Counted from the first letter of the stretch, positions 1-14,080 are shown. The stretch: 64,000 nt of DNA from Octopus vulgaris (GCA_951406725.2 OX597822.1:32860001-32924000); one strand, 5' to 3'. Numbers and translations are program-made. Notes: generated by a model from the letters alone, not told the origin.

Positions 1-363
1 TCATACATAGAGACACGCAAATACACATATACATACATATCCGTGCACGTATTTATTTCTACATGTAACTGGAACCCACTTCACACCTGCTCAGTCTCTA
101 TATTGACGACGGTGTTGGTGATACCGCCCTCAGCAGATTACATCTTCATAGATTCATAAATTTGACTTACTCTTTTCCCACAGCCTTAGAATTTACCTTT
201 TCCGTATTCGATACCACAGTTCGTTTTCTTGTCATCTCACTATAAACAATAATTACATGTCCACGCCCGTTTACGCCAAGCCTGCAGGTTCTGACTCCTA
301 TCTCTACATCTTTTCCGCTTACACCTACAACGCTAAACCTGCCATACCAGTATTTCAATATCT

Positions 364-1831
364 GGATCTTTTCAATTCTGAAGCCAGGACCACAGATCTT
401 TCTACTTAACTAAATAATCTGAAACTTCGTATGCTGATAGAGTCTAGCAAAACAAGACACAGGTTGGAACTAGTTTATTTGAGAAAAATCTATTTTATGA
501 CTTTAATCGTAGATTAAAACTGCGAATTTTAACCAATCAGATTGTTTGTTTTCATGTGTAAAACTTGACTGCATTCTATTAGTCTGACGTAGAAAGCGCT
601 TTTGTGACGTACTAACGTTCGGAAAACTGTAAACAAACACAGAACGTAACGGCAGACGAAATACGGCTACGCATTTCGCCCGGCGTGCTAACGTTTCTGC
701 CAGCTCTTTGCTTTTTTAATATTAAATTTCGGCGAAGTTTCGCTTGTCGTAGCACAAGTTTTCCGTCGATTTCCGTAAAAAACTTTTATTTTTTTACATA
801 AGTAATGAGAGCGAAAGAGACTAAGAGGAAGCGATTTTATGACGAGGGAAGTTTGTCTTTGAAGTTACCGTCTAGGGGAAGCATTGATGTACATGTGTGT
901 GTGTGTGTGTTTGATGGGGTGTGGGAGACAGTATGTTGTGTAAGTGAAGTGCTTCTGTTAGTGTGTGTGAAGAGACAGAGAGAGTAATGTGTGAAAGAGA
1001 GAGATAACTGAAATTTTTTACTCGGTGTATGTGTATATGTATGTCTGCATGTATGTGTGTGTGTGTATGTATCTATGTATGTATGGCCGATTCATCGTAA
1101 TTACGATGAATCGGCCATACATACATACACACACACATACATACACACACACAGATACTTACACATACATACACACACACATACATGCAGACATACATAT
1201 ACACATACACCGAGTAAAAAATTTCAGTTATCTCTCTCTTTCACACATTACTCTCTCTGTCTCTTCACACACACTAACAGAAGCACTTCACTTACACAAC
1301 ATACTGTCTCCCACACCCCATCAAACACACACACACACACATGTACATCAATGCTTCCCCTAGACGGTAACTTCAAAGACAAACTTCCCTCGTCATAAAA
1401 TCGCTTCCTCTTAGTCTCTTTCGCTCTCATTACTTATGTAAAAAAATAAAACGAAAGCAAGTACTAACAGAATGGAAACATTTTCAATTTAATACATGTG
1501 GCTTATTAACTAGTTTTAAATATTGTTATTAGAAGGTGGCTGACTATAGGATCCTGGAAACATGAGTACGTTAAATAATACATTTAAGATGTTTAATACG
1601 TCACGAAATTGGTGGTCGAGACGGAGTAAATAAAATAAAGCCGAATGACGGAATATCATTGGTTAAAATTCTAATTATTAAACAACGTTAAACTTAGAAG
1701 TTACAATTCCGTTTTCATTCTGGTTTACAATTAAGTTTACTTTTGACACATTCTACCAGTATACGAAGTTTCAAATTGTTTGGTTCAGTAGGAAAAATTT
1801 GAAAAAACTGGCTTCAGAATAGAAAAGATCC
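364..1831. mobile_element. Non-autonomous TIR DNA transposon, Merlin-like (GG..CC ends, 8-bp TSD)
   Basis: Left end GGATCTTTTCAATTCTGAAGCCAG, right end CTGGCTTCAGAATAGAAAAGATCC. Perfect TSD CAATATCT at 356-363 and 1832-1839. Subterminal inverted matches (421-440 vs ~1753-1772; ~525-540 vs ~1655-1670). Removing the element and one TSD restores the PLE reading frame. Confidence 0.85.
784..1451. repeat. Zero-spacer long palindrome
   Basis: Centre GATTCATCGTAA|TTACGATGAATC at 1100/1101. The arms appear identical except for a ~34-bp length difference in an internal TG/CA microsatellite. ORFs 805-987(+) and 1248-1430(-) encode the same peptide. Confidence 0.95.
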
Positions 1832-3489
1832 CAATATCTTCGACTTCACTGATTCTGCAGCATCGATTCGGATTCAGAATGTCAAAGTAAGAGAATAAAA
1901 TAGTTCTTCCTCAACCAATTTTTTTCCTCGATCGATTAATGACGCTGCACTGTTGTTAGGCCAGCTACTAAGCGATTTTTTACTTACCCTCTCTACACTC
2001 ACCTACAGACTGGATTTCACATACTCTCACCTTCCACCTGAACGGTTTTCCATTGAAACACAAACTCATTCTTCAATTCCAAATCATATTCTCTGTCTCC
2101 GCAACCGTTCTGATATTCCTTACACAGCCTCTCTTCACTTGAAGAAAGATATGAATCGTTGCATCTTCCCATTTAAATGTTAGGCCAGCACCTAGTCTAA
2201 AACCACCAGGGTTCAAATTGCGCTTACCGATGATGTAACACATGCCTCTGCATAAAATTCCCAATTACCACCACTGGGCCACAGTTACAATACTACAACA
2301 CCCAAAACTTCAGTTTCACATCTTCCAACATCAAATATTTCATCATCTATAAAAGTTGCGGCGCATGTTGCATGGAAAAAAAAGGGCCTTTGCCAATCTC
2401 TTTACTGATCGCTTTCTCGAATACATTCGAAACGCTTTACTCCCTATGCCAGACAAACACGTCGCCTCTAACTTCAACACAACAGGCCGTTCCATTACAC
2501 ATTTATCGTTGCGCAGCAGCTCTGCACATTTTTTTTTCACACAGGAAAATATAATGAGCAACGTATCATGCTGAAACTCGTAAGAGTGTTGCCGACGGGG
2601 TTAAATGAACTTTCTCTCAGTTCAGTAATCCGATTTCATCCTTCGTCTCACTTCCACTTACGTTTTCCCCACCACCACAGCTTTACAAACTCTTTTCATT
2701 TATCTTACCTACTTCATATCTCATCTAGTTTCTCTTTCCTACGACTTCATGTCTACGTACGCAAGCTCACGTTGCTTTCTGTTTCCTATCGCTGCAGTTA
2801 AATGCCCAAACATACAGAATTGAAAGCTCTGTTGTTTTCCCTTTTTCTTTCTCCTTTTCATCTTAAGCCCCTAGAAGAATTAAGGTAAAAACTCCAGTTC
2901 ACGCTGCAATTTTACTCTGCTGTCTACGTTAGTGTGTGTGTGTGTGTGTGCGCGTCGGTACATTAATCTAAAAGATGAGATTTGGCCGGAATATAGACAA
3001 TATTTAGTATGTCATATTACTAACGTTAATTTAATATAGATTTAGCTTTCAGTTAAGTCAGTGTACACTATTTTGTCTTCCGTTGAAATATTTGATTTGT
3101 ATTTTAACAAAGAAAGAATTGATCTTATATTACCCGATGCTATATAGCAACAAATGGTTTTATATGCTTAGCTTTATAAACGTATGTTATATTTAGCAGT
3201 AAATATAACAGAAATAAATGCTTCAAGGAATCCGACATTCTTCTGTAATTCTACTACTACTAATACTGCTGCCGTTCCTCCAACTATTATTACATAGTTT
3301 CTGGACAGAGGAAAAATCTACCTTCATTTCCCTGACAAAGGAAGTCGGTGGAGCAATTTTCATGATAGACTTGCTCAAATATGAATCCTTCCTATTCGCA
3401 ACAACAACATTTCGACAAGTTTCAATTGTCGGGAAGTGAAAGTTTCTCGCAAAACAAGTTCGAATTTGTGTGCATCACTGAAAGGCCCA

Positions 3490-3700
3490 TTTGCCTCGTA
3501 TTTCTTATAGGTGATTTCAACTTCCCCAGCGTCAAGCACAGGTGGAGTCCCTGCTCAACCTCAACAATGGAGCAAGTCATAATCAGACCAACTAGGGCGA
3601 ATAACATTTTGGATCTCTGCTCCACGAACAATATGGACAACGTTTATCATATGAAAATGACGCCATTAGTCTCGGATCACAAAGCCCGTTTGTCTCGAGC
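3490..3700 (+). mobile_element. LINE (CR1/L2/Jockey-like) AP-endonuclease fragment
   Basis: ORF 3381-3716 contains LIGDFNFPSV..W, EQVIIRPTRANNILDL and SDH, the typical APE motifs of non-LTR ORF2. Confidence 0.75.
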
Positions 3701-4506
3701 AGGCATTACCCCCTAGTAGCTCTGCCAGCGCAGATTTCTAGAAGTTGTACATCGTCCTCGAGTCGCAAACCCTCCCGAATAGATTATATATTCGATTTAT
3801 GCTGACACGTAGCTTTTACTCGAGAACGTCAATGTTTTCTTCATTCGTATTCTTCTATAGAACTCCGAACTAGAATTTACGCCAACCACGATGAAATGTT
3901 ATACGTTCCTGACAATATATGAGATGCCACGTACCCAGCATCGTCTTTGCCTGACACAGGACTGAAGCTCCGTCAAGGAAATTGACTGAGAAAAATTATA
4001 TCTCATAAAGGGTGACTACGCCTTTTCACAGTGTAAGAACATTTTAGATGCTGCATCCTCGGCGCATGTCTGCTTACGCACAGTGGATATCGACAGCGGA
4101 TGGTTCTCATTATCCTGAGGTTGCGTCGCTTCCACATAAAACAAAATATCAGACGATCCATTCTGACCAAATAAAAACCAGAGCAAAGCAAGATGAACAG
4201 GAAGAAATATATACAAATGCGACAAATCTATTTGTTATTGTTCTCAACCGTCCATCTCTTTTTCTCAGACAATTTCTGGGAAATATTGCCTTCTTTACTC
4301 TTAACCTCGAAATCGTTCCTATTCAACTGTAGGTCCAGACCAAACCGGGCACCAAAACGTAGCAGAACTATACCTCCAGCACCTAATGACGTCGTTTCAC
4401 GACATAGACTCGTAACTTCTCGTAAAATAATGTATAGTTTTAGCAGTTTGCTTCTAACACAAGCAACCCCTAATACATTAAACAATATCCGTAGTTACGT
4501 TAACTG

Positions 4507-4840
4507 GGCGAGCTGGCAGAAACGCTAGAACGCCTGGGTAAATGCTTGGCAGTATTTCGTCTGCCATTCCGTTCCCGAGTTCAAATTCCGCCGAGGTTGA
4601 CTTTGCCTTTCATCCTTTCGGGGTCGATAAATTAAGTACCAGTTGCGGACTGGAGTCGATGTAATCGACTTATTCTCTTTGTCCTTGTTTGTCCTCTCTA
4701 TGTTTAATCCCCTGTGGCCTGTAAAAAAATAAGTAACGACTGTCAAACTGCTTAGCCAGTCGAAATTTCGTCTGTCTTTACGTTCTGAGTTCAAAATCTG
4801 CCGTTGTTGACTTTGCGTTTCATCCTTTCGGGGTCGATAA
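4507..4840 (+). mobile_element. tRNA-type SINE family A (one full copy plus a partial second copy)
   Basis: Head GGCGAGCTGGCAGAA..., B-box-like GAGTTCAAATTCC, core GCCTTTCATCCTTTCGGGGTCGATAAATTAAGTACCAG. Many other copies in the window (e.g. 641-705, 11330-11494, 12350-12800, 18200-18520, 23843-24300). Confidence 0.85.
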
Positions 4841-5093
4841 ATTCAACCAATCACTGACCTCCATTGAGATAAACAACATTCTGTGCCGTATGAATATGTC
4901 CCTCGTTTAAGAAACAGATTGGGTTTATTTACATTTGTGAAGAAGAAAGGTACCCTCCACCCACCCCTAACCCTAACTAACCCTAACCCTAAAATAGATT
5001 GAAATGCAATAGATCGATACTAGGGTCATAATTATGGGTGACAATTTCATATGACACCGCTAGAAAAAACTGCCGTTCAAACTGAAAAGATCC
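4841..5093 (-). mobile_element. Truncated copy of the 31316-31726 Merlin-like MITE, containing (CCCTAA)n
   Basis: Reverse-complement match to 31316-31555. Ends ...AAACTGCCGTTCAAACTGAAAAGATCC. CCCTAA repeats at ~4965-4992. Confidence 0.8.
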
Positions 5094-8000
5094 TTTAATT
5101 CTACTAAATTTCTCAAATTTCGAGCATTTTTTTAAATGGTACGATGTCAGAAACTTATCGGAGAAGATGAAGCACCTATGAGAATGATGTGTATAACAGC
5201 AAATTGTCAGAATGTTTGATGGGATAACTTGCAATGTGCGTTTCGTTTCCATATTTACAGGGCTCATATCACGCTTCGGTAAAAGGAAAAACTTATACAC
5301 CCTAAAGAGGACAGCATGAAGCTATCTTTGTATTCTTCGGTGAAATTTCATGGTAAATATGTACCACTTTTTAAGTAAGTAACAAAAGGCCGTTCGTCGA
5401 ATCAATGGTGAAAAAACAAAAGGAAAATCATTTCGCTTCACACATTGCTGGAAAAAATGGATAAACGCCATATAAAAACGACCTAGATTTAAAACATTGG
5501 CGTCGGACGACTTAATTGATTTTATAAAGAAAAACAAGAGCATGACATTTTACTTTCTAAAGGTTGAGTGTGGAAAAAAAAAACCTTGAACTTAAACTCA
5601 ACCTTTACTACATGGTATTATGATGCAATTCGCTGACGTTAAAGAAGTGAAAAAACAAAACAAATGAATCAGAAAATAGTTTGTGTTCGAACTCATGCTC
5701 GATGTATTTCTAAAGTGTAGTTAAAATTAATGTCTTGTATAAGCTACTAAATTTACAGTGTACAGCTAAAGCAGCGACCTTTCGATATAATAAATTCGAA
5801 AATAACCATTTTATGTTGATTCTCAGTATAATATTTGGAATCGTTGCCAAAACATTAAAAGCATTCAAGGAAAAAAGCCAAAATCACCGAGCATTTTATA
5901 TATACATTTATGTCTTCTTATTCAAAAAAATATGATGATATAAAACATAAATATATGAAACGAATAAAATATATCCCAAGAGAATTTTAATATTATGAAT
6001 TATATTTTGAAAATATCCACAAATAATAGTTATATAAATTCGTTTTAATATATTTCGATTTTCATAACCCTAAGTTAAGCTTGGCAGTGTTTATTCGGGA
6101 TTCATACAATGGGTGTACGTCGTATCCTTTTAGCTGACGTTTACAAATTCTCTTATAGGAAAATTGAAAATGATCTGACAAGACTGTACAAATGATATAT
6201 TTATTGTAGAGTTTGTAAAGAGCATGTGATTTAATTAGATATATTTGGCGATTATATTCAACTCGCATATATAAAAAATAAATTATATGATACCTTCTTG
6301 AGTGTATGTATGTTTCGTTGCTAGTCTGTGTATGCGTGATCATAGGTATGTGCAAACACATATACATACACATATAAAATATGTGTAGAAAGAGAAGAAC
6401 AGAGCAGGATAGAGTGTGTGAGAGAGAGAGAGAAAAATAGAGAGGGATAGATAGAAGGAGATAGAGAGAGAGAGAAACCAGCATATTTTATTTGGTTGGC
6501 ATTCTTCTGGTTCAGTATTCGTTTGGTTACAATTGATAAAAGAAATGACATTTGCACATCGAATCACATTATTCAAACATCTTTACATGTAAAGAGTTGT
6601 GTGTGATGGAAGTAGAGGAAGAGGAAGGTACTGATATGGTTAAATTTTCTAAATGAAATAAAACGAACATTATTGCATGTATAATTTACGTTGAAGAATG
6701 TGAATGTATGATAGGCTTGCTTAAATAAGTGATTAAATACGAAGGATAAAGTCGTTTTAATTTATCAATTATATTATTAATCAATATGGATAGTTTCATT
6801 TACTTCTTTGTTAATTTTAGCATTATTTGCTTTTAATTATGTGCTTTATTCATTAAACTTGTTTGTCTAAATGTACTTATTTAAATTTGATTAAGATCTT
6901 GAAAGCGTTACAGTTGCGCATATTAAAGCTAGGATTTTGAATTTTTATACAAATTTATCTAATTATAATCCTCAATTAATTTTCATGTTTTTGTTGATGA
7001 ATCATATTAAGGCGCAATTCTTACATTTTCTAACTCGTTTGATTGTATATCAATCATAAGAAAGCTAATCTATTCACATACGATTTCATTATCCAAGTTT
7101 TAGAAAAGAGCATATATATTTCTTAATGTTTCTCTTTAATAATGCACCTTCATATTTCAATTTGATAATTTCTTTCCATCTCCCGAAAGCGCTAGCTTAT
7201 AAATATGAATCATTTATACACGATCCGCAAAATTCGATTTTATAACGATCTCCTCCGAATCGATTTCTATTTTAGGTACGATGTCAAGGGTTAAAAGTGA
7301 TAGTAAGAGATTAAAGTAATTTTATATCTTTATTATGGATATTTGAGTCGTAAATGTAATGATTTCAACCGAGTATCGGAACAATATCATGAAAACTCGG
7401 AAGCTGATTTCTCACATAAATGGGTTAACAGAGCTTTGAAATAGCATATAATCGTTACAGAACATTATACATTTCTCGTTCCCTTCATTAAATACGCTCA
7501 AACGATGCATTTATATCAATACCCACTAAAGCGTTATTATAAAATCTTTATTTACTGATGCAGTTACGAGCGCTTCAGAAACTCCTTTCTGAAAACTCTT
7601 TTCTCTTTTGAAACGGGTTTTTTTTTTTCAAGCATGTTGTGAGTAAACTTCACAATCTAAATTTACTGTTAATGATATATAAAGAAGAAAAAACTATTAC
7701 TTTTCGTCCATAGATAGTGATAAAAATCACAGTTCTAATGATAGAAAATGTTATTTTAAATACACAACCTTATCATGAAGAAACAATGCCTCTTTTCGTG
7801 TTCTACAATGTTATATTTAACACTACAATGTACGTCAGTACAGATCCGCTTCGTTTATTTCATTACAATCAAGAAACTTGCTGAACTCATGATTAGTGCA
7901 AAGTATTGAGAGAGGGGCTGGGGTCTATTTTACACCAGAAAAACTAATTTTAAAAAGCGTATTACACACATATATATCTTAGTGTTCTTGTTGAGGGGAA

Positions 8001-8559
8001 AATGCTATGACATTATATGAGACGGTTAGATTGACTCTGAAAGGAGTAGGAAACTATTAGTCTAGAGAAACTGAAGAAAAAGTTGTAATTGGATATTGAA
8101 AATAATACCTTCTGCTATAACGTTCCAAACCTGTACCGATCGGGAAATTGTCCAAGAAGAATAAGGTGTAAAAGGAAGTGTTCTTCAATTGCTGACCCAT
8201 AAACTATTTGAATACACGTTTATTCCCGAAAAAGAAATCAATGCTGAAGCGATTTCGGTTTCGCTAGATATTCCAAAGTAATAAAAGTAAAACTGATCAG
8301 CAAATATTGATCTTAACACTGAGCAAGTTCAAAGTGTATGTTTCTTTTGAATTGCTTTATTATCGCACATTGATTCGAAATAAACGAAAATGTAATTCAA
8401 ATATACCACATAGTATAGAGATTCCTAACTCGATGCCGTTCATCACCCTAAAAACAAAAAAAAAATTTCGTACTGAAATTTCTGTTTGTATCATACTGAG
8501 ATATCTAACGTTTATTGTAGAAATTATATTACACTCAATACCCACATTAAGTTATAATT

Positions 8560-8880
8560 CGTTGACAGCAACATCGCAAAACTGAGTTTTCTCTGTGTCA
8601 ACATTTCCTTTGACAGAAGCAAAAGGTGATACACAAAGGGATCAGTTAAATTAATCTTAGTTTACACGTGGCTGCAGATGTGCGACAAATATTGTTTGAG
8701 ATTTTGTAAGTGAAAATACAGTAATGAAATAGAAGCGAAAAGGGATAGAGTAATTCTGGTTTGTTCATAAATACTAAGAAACTTTGTTCCATTAATTTTT
8801 TATGAGCTGTAATTGCTTCAGTTTCACAACTCGGCCTTAAATCAAGACGTTTGCCATGCCAAGCGAATACCACTCAGAAT
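8560..8880 (-). pseudogene. Possible decayed adhesion/secretin-class GPCR TM1-TM3 fragment
   Basis: ORF 8646-8873 reads AITAHKKLMEQSFLVFMN...LLYPFSLLFHY...NNICRTSAA, loosely like the aGPCR ICL1/TM2/ECL1-Cys pattern (KKLR....ILMNL...C...AA). Pattern recognition only. Confidence 0.2.
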
Positions 8881-11329
8881 ATTTTGTGTTCTTTTATTAT
8901 CTGATTCAGAAAGACAAGCAACATCATGGTCTTAATCTAATTTATTGTAGAAATTGAATTGAAAGTATTTAAAATGAAATGAACTGAAGCATGGTTTATA
9001 GTCAGCATTTTCGGAAATTAAATAAGCAAGCTTATGGTTTCCTACTGAAAAGGGAAATAAATTCGTAGAGTTATTCATTTTACGTGAGAAAATAAGCATT
9101 TATCTTCTGCATATGTTGGTTTATAATATATCAAATTATTTCAAATGCAACCATTCCGTTTTAAAATATTATTCACAAAGATTTGCTGTAAATATTTACG
9201 CATTTAGATTATTTTGGAAAAGGTTGACATAAAAATATTCGTTTTTTTTCTTGTTATTCAAATTTAGAGCGTCTTGGTGGGGGAGATGATACTTGCTCCA
9301 AATGCCACACAGGAAGACTGAACGTAAAAGTTGCGAAGCGATCTTCTTAACCACAGAGGCATATCCGTAACTCTATGTAGAAAATTTTAACTCAATGACC
9401 TTTGTGTACTGTACTAATTCTGTCTTTTATCCTGAATAAACGGGATGTCGATGCGTGGTTGCCTGTGATGCTAGAAATAGTATTCGTATTAGCTCAAAAC
9501 TTACCCTTTTGTCGGAAATAGAAAGAACACATTTAGTACCGAAAAAGAAATCGATGGGATGATTTTTCACACCACTATATTCTCTCTCTCTCTCTCTCTC
9601 TCTTTCCCCATCGTACGAATTTTTTACTGCAATGTCTTTCCTTTGTTGTGTACAGACTAAGCAAAAAGTTCACTTCTCTCTGTCAGACAAAGAACAAGAC
9701 CTCCTTGGCAATAGATCTTATCGAACTTTGATGACCTTTCCTAAAACCTTACGTCTGGCTTTTAAAATCTATTGTCAGGTGCAGAAGATTGAACGGTAAA
9801 CATTTGTGCTTTTAAATCTATTATTATTTTAAAATTAAGTTCTCTTCTTTCGTTATGTTTATACTGTAAAGAAACATATAATCTTAAGAATATTTTCCGT
9901 CATCATTTTGCATTACATAAGCCGCTGGCTTGACAATGTGGGTTAAAACAAATAGGTATTATAGAACTGGAGCCAGGTTTTTGTTTTTAGCACCAGATGA
10001 GCTCTTGTTGTGTTATGAAGATGAGTGCTATATTGTAAGAAGCATTTGGCGAATCAAAAACACAAAGTTAACAAGCCCGACCTGTTTGCTATGTTAACAA
10101 CACTTCAGGCATTTTAAGCTTTCAGATGCAATTTGCATAAACTTGATGTGATTCTGGAATGCATGTTGTGCTTAAATACATGCCGTCGCGAAATGTTGTT
10201 TCTAGTGCCGATCCCTTGTCTTAAACAGTAAGGCATTCACCTCTATACGCTTGTCAGTATGGCCGAATATATAACGACACATATTTAATGCAATAAACAA
10301 GGTTCCGCTTGATTGATGTTGTTTTTTTTTTTAAAATCCAGATCAGCCATGCTAGAACAAATCTATTCCACGTGACGCCATCCTAAGTTTCGTTGAGGTA
10401 TATTCATTCTATCTACTTTATTCAATATGGTACCCCGTATACTAATATATAATTTGAGATATACTCGCGGGCTCGTTATTAAATTTCGAGTGACCACGCA
10501 GAGGCTCCTTCATGTCCTGTATTCATTGAACTAATTCCGTATCCAAATAACATTTGAAATATCCGCTAACTGCACCCAAGTTCAATTCGTCTCAGTTCGA
10601 ACCTTCGTGTTAAGAAGGTACAGAGTTCCTACCGACATAAAAAATGGTGAGTGAGTGGGGTATACCCAAGCTAGAGCACTCGTTCGAATAGTTGCAGCAG
10701 AGCAGATTATACTCCACTAAACTTACCCATGATGCCATTTTATGGTGTTAAACTAGGCCATGGAAATTAATTCTTCCACCCAAATACACAATGGAGAGAT
10801 TCGACCTTAAATTACAAGGAGCACAACAAATAGTGCACAGCCTTTGTAGTCACGTTCTTACATTCCGCCTCTCCCCCGATTTGTATTCATAATTTTCTAT
10901 AAACACCGACAGGATGAAATAATTATAATCTGAAAAAATATAAATACCTATCGGCCGCAGAAACCCTGATATACTGAGGAGTCCACGATATAAATTTACG
11001 TATATTAGCCAGAAAAATCCGTGCTGTACTGACTTCGCGATACGTGAACCGCGTTATGGAGAGGGATTACAATACATACATATATATATGTGTGCATATG
11101 TGTGTGAGTGTCTGTGTTTGGCTTCTATACATTTTCCGCCTACTCACTAGTCATTGTTTCTCCTGTCTTCTGGCGTAATGGTAAACGACACTTGCCCAAC
11201 TTGCTGTGCAGTGGGATTAAATCCACAGCCCCCATGATTGAGACCGCAGCCACAAAGCCATAACTGATCCTATATTTGACAATACTACGGAGAATTTTCA
11301 AATTTTGGCACAAGGTCAGCGAATTCGGA

Positions 11330-11494
11330 TGAGGGATATGTTGATTTCATCAACTCCACTACTCAAATGATACTTATTTTATCGACCCCATGAGGATGAA
11401 AAGCAAAGTCGACTTCGACGACATTTGAACTCTCAAGCGAAATACCTCTAAGCACTTTGCCTGGCGCAGTAACGATTCTTCCAGCTCGCCGCCT
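11330..11494 (-). mobile_element. SINE family A copy
   Basis: Reverse complement of the family A core and head (TTTATCGACCCC..GGATGAAAAGCAAAGTCGAC...TTCCAGCTCGCCGCC). Confidence 0.75.
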
Positions 11495-14080
11495 TAGACA
11501 ATACCACGTAATGTGAAAATATGTTCTAATATTCCGAATTTTTTCTACTCTATAGATATGTATATAAGCACATATAAGAACAAGAAAATATTTAATACAT
11601 ATAGATATATAAATGCTTGAGTTTAATACCATCTTCCAAATATTCGATAAAAGACTGACATATATGCAGTAGAGAGTACCCAACTATTCAAAGATGCAAA
11701 CACTTTCATTCAGTTGATTTTTCTCATGATGTTTAGAGATACATATGAATGGTTGATCTGAGAAAAGCTGAAACTGCAAAACATACTTCATGCAACGTTA
11801 ACTGAGACATGTGGAAAATATCTTCCTAATCAGAAACACGATGGGATTCCGGAAATTGATTTGAAGGTACAATTTGAAGTTATATTGCTTATATTCAATT
11901 ATTTCGCTTTGGTGATCATAAAAAAACATTCTTAGCTAAAATTACAAGATTTATGACTCCATATATGACTATACATGTGTCTATTTATGGATGTATATAT
12001 ATTTATATATGTGTGTGTGTATGTGCGTGTGTGTGTGTGTGTGTATTTGTGTGAGACTGGGTATACATATATATGAGTATATGTATACGCGTTTTTATGT
12101 ATGCTTTGCTTGTGTAAATAAGGGAGGAGGTTAAGTACAATAACTCATTATTGTACGATGACAACTAGAGGATTGGTCTCTTTGTAATGTATTAGGAGAT
12201 GGTGGCCAAAACGTCACCAAAGCCCAACCACTGTTTTTAAACAACTCATTGAACCACTTAAACGCAACACTGCAACGTTAATAAGCTACTCTCTTATTGA
12301 TCTTCACGATGAGCTGTCCACTTTCATAACCTCCAACATTGATATGTAAGACGGCAAACCAGTAGGAGAGTTAGCACACCAGACAAAATGCATAACAGAA
12401 AACTCTTCCGACTTTATGTCGTGAGTTCAAATTCCGCCGAGGTCAACTCTGTCTTTTATTCTTTCGGTGTCGCTAAAGCAAATACCAGTTAAGCATTGGT
12501 CTTGAAATAATACTTAGCCGTTAACCACAAATTTCAGGGTTTGCACATTTAGCAGAAACAACTCATAATCTCCTGCATTATTAAGTAAAGAAGATAGAAT
12601 CGTTAGCCCGGGAGTGGAGGGAAGGACGAATTGCTTGGCGGCATTTCTTCTAACTCTTTACACTCTGAATTCTTAACCCACCGAGGCCAGCTTTCCCTTT
12701 CATCCTTTCGAGATCGATATAATGAAATACTACTCAAGTATTGGGCCATCGTTAACATCTCCCCTCTCCTCACATTTTTTGGTCTTGTACCTTGCAAAGT
12801 TTCTGCGTCTCGCTCAGCGGCAGTGTTATCGTCTTGGTCAATAATACGCTATGGAGACCGGAAACCGGCCCTGTGCGTCCTAGAGCACAATAAAATTATT
12901 TTTAAAATCAGTATGTAATGTTTGGAAATGGTACCTCATCAGTTCATATCGCATAGACCTGAACATAATGAATGAATTAATTTTGTGAAATCTTTTCCAC
13001 CGACAAGAGCCAAAGTTTTTATTATTTTTTAAGAAGAAAAATATCCCCCGCCTTCTTCAGTCATGAATGACCATGGGATTGCACATAGAAAGTTCCCCTC
13101 CGAAGCACAAGTCCAGACAACGTTATTTATAGAAGACCAGCAGTCGCCCATGCATAACAGCCTCCCCTCTCCACGACACCATGTTATGCAATGGAAAGGC
13201 AAAGGGGCCGACACAGCTTGGTACCAATCACGTGGCAACGCATTTTGTAAGAAACAATACATATACAAACTATTAGAATCGAAAAGCCCTTTTGTTGATG
13301 TTCCTTTTATTTCTGAATCTCTGGTGTACCTTAATAGAGTAAATTTTCAGAAATATTTTAATAGCCAATTTCACCACCACGTTAAATTTATTTCCTGCGT
13401 TGAAGATAATAGTTGATTACGAAAGAGTCAAAGAACAAATATTTGATAAATGTTGTGCGGTTAAATTGCCAGTATCTATAGAAGATGAATTTACGTCATA
13501 TAATCATTCTTAATAATGAGAGGTATAAATTAAAAATATATTGTTTTAGACGCAACTGAATTCAATTAGATTACAGCCAGTATATGTTTGGAAGTGAGTT
13601 TATTAAATATAATTATCGAAATTATATATTATATATAATGACTACTGAATCAAATTACCATCATGTACATTGTATATCAACATCATCGATATTGTTAATA
13701 AGAATGATTTGGCAATTCAAAGTTAATTTCACAATGTATTATACAAAAATTTGCTATGAATACAAAGTACAAAACGCATATTTAACTAGTTTTCTAGTGG
13801 CTCTGAAATATTGATTTTATAGTTGACATAGAGATACAAATTTGTAGAGACAGGAAATAAGTCTGTAGCTTCGACATTAGAATATGTCTAGTATCTATTG
13901 TGTCAAACTTGGAAGGCGGTGGAAGGTAAAGTCAAACGGGATGAGATTTGGAATCACAATGGAATACGTTTTGAGTAAATAAGTAGTGTATTTAAATCCG
14001 TAGCCCATCGTTTTTCCTACCAGTCCCATATTCTATTTGATGTATGTTTGTGATTTTCCCCCTTCTTTGAAAAAATCTGT

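Larger units (their letters stand above)
70..2610 (+). mobile_element. Decayed Penelope-like retroelement (RT C-terminal half + GIY-YIG endonuclease), interrupted by the 364-1831 insertion
   Basis: Manual translation from 96: LYIDDGVG...RFINLTYSFPTALEFTF...VRFLVISL, then after a frameshift STPVYAKPAGSDSYL...AIPVFQYL|RLH*FCS, reading straight across the insertion. This matches the PLE RT pattern YIDD...HP.L.FT...FLD...VY.KPT...YL...IP.SQ.LRLRR.CS. ORF 2356-2574 (LFTDRFLEYIRN...KHVASNFNTTGRS) resembles the GIY-YIG C-terminal half. Stops and frameshifts present. Confidence 0.8.

Noticed and set aside
805-1430. Two identical 60-aa ORFs as duplicated genes
   Set aside because: A consequence of the DNA palindrome; they contain microsatellite-derived VCVC and no recognisable domain.
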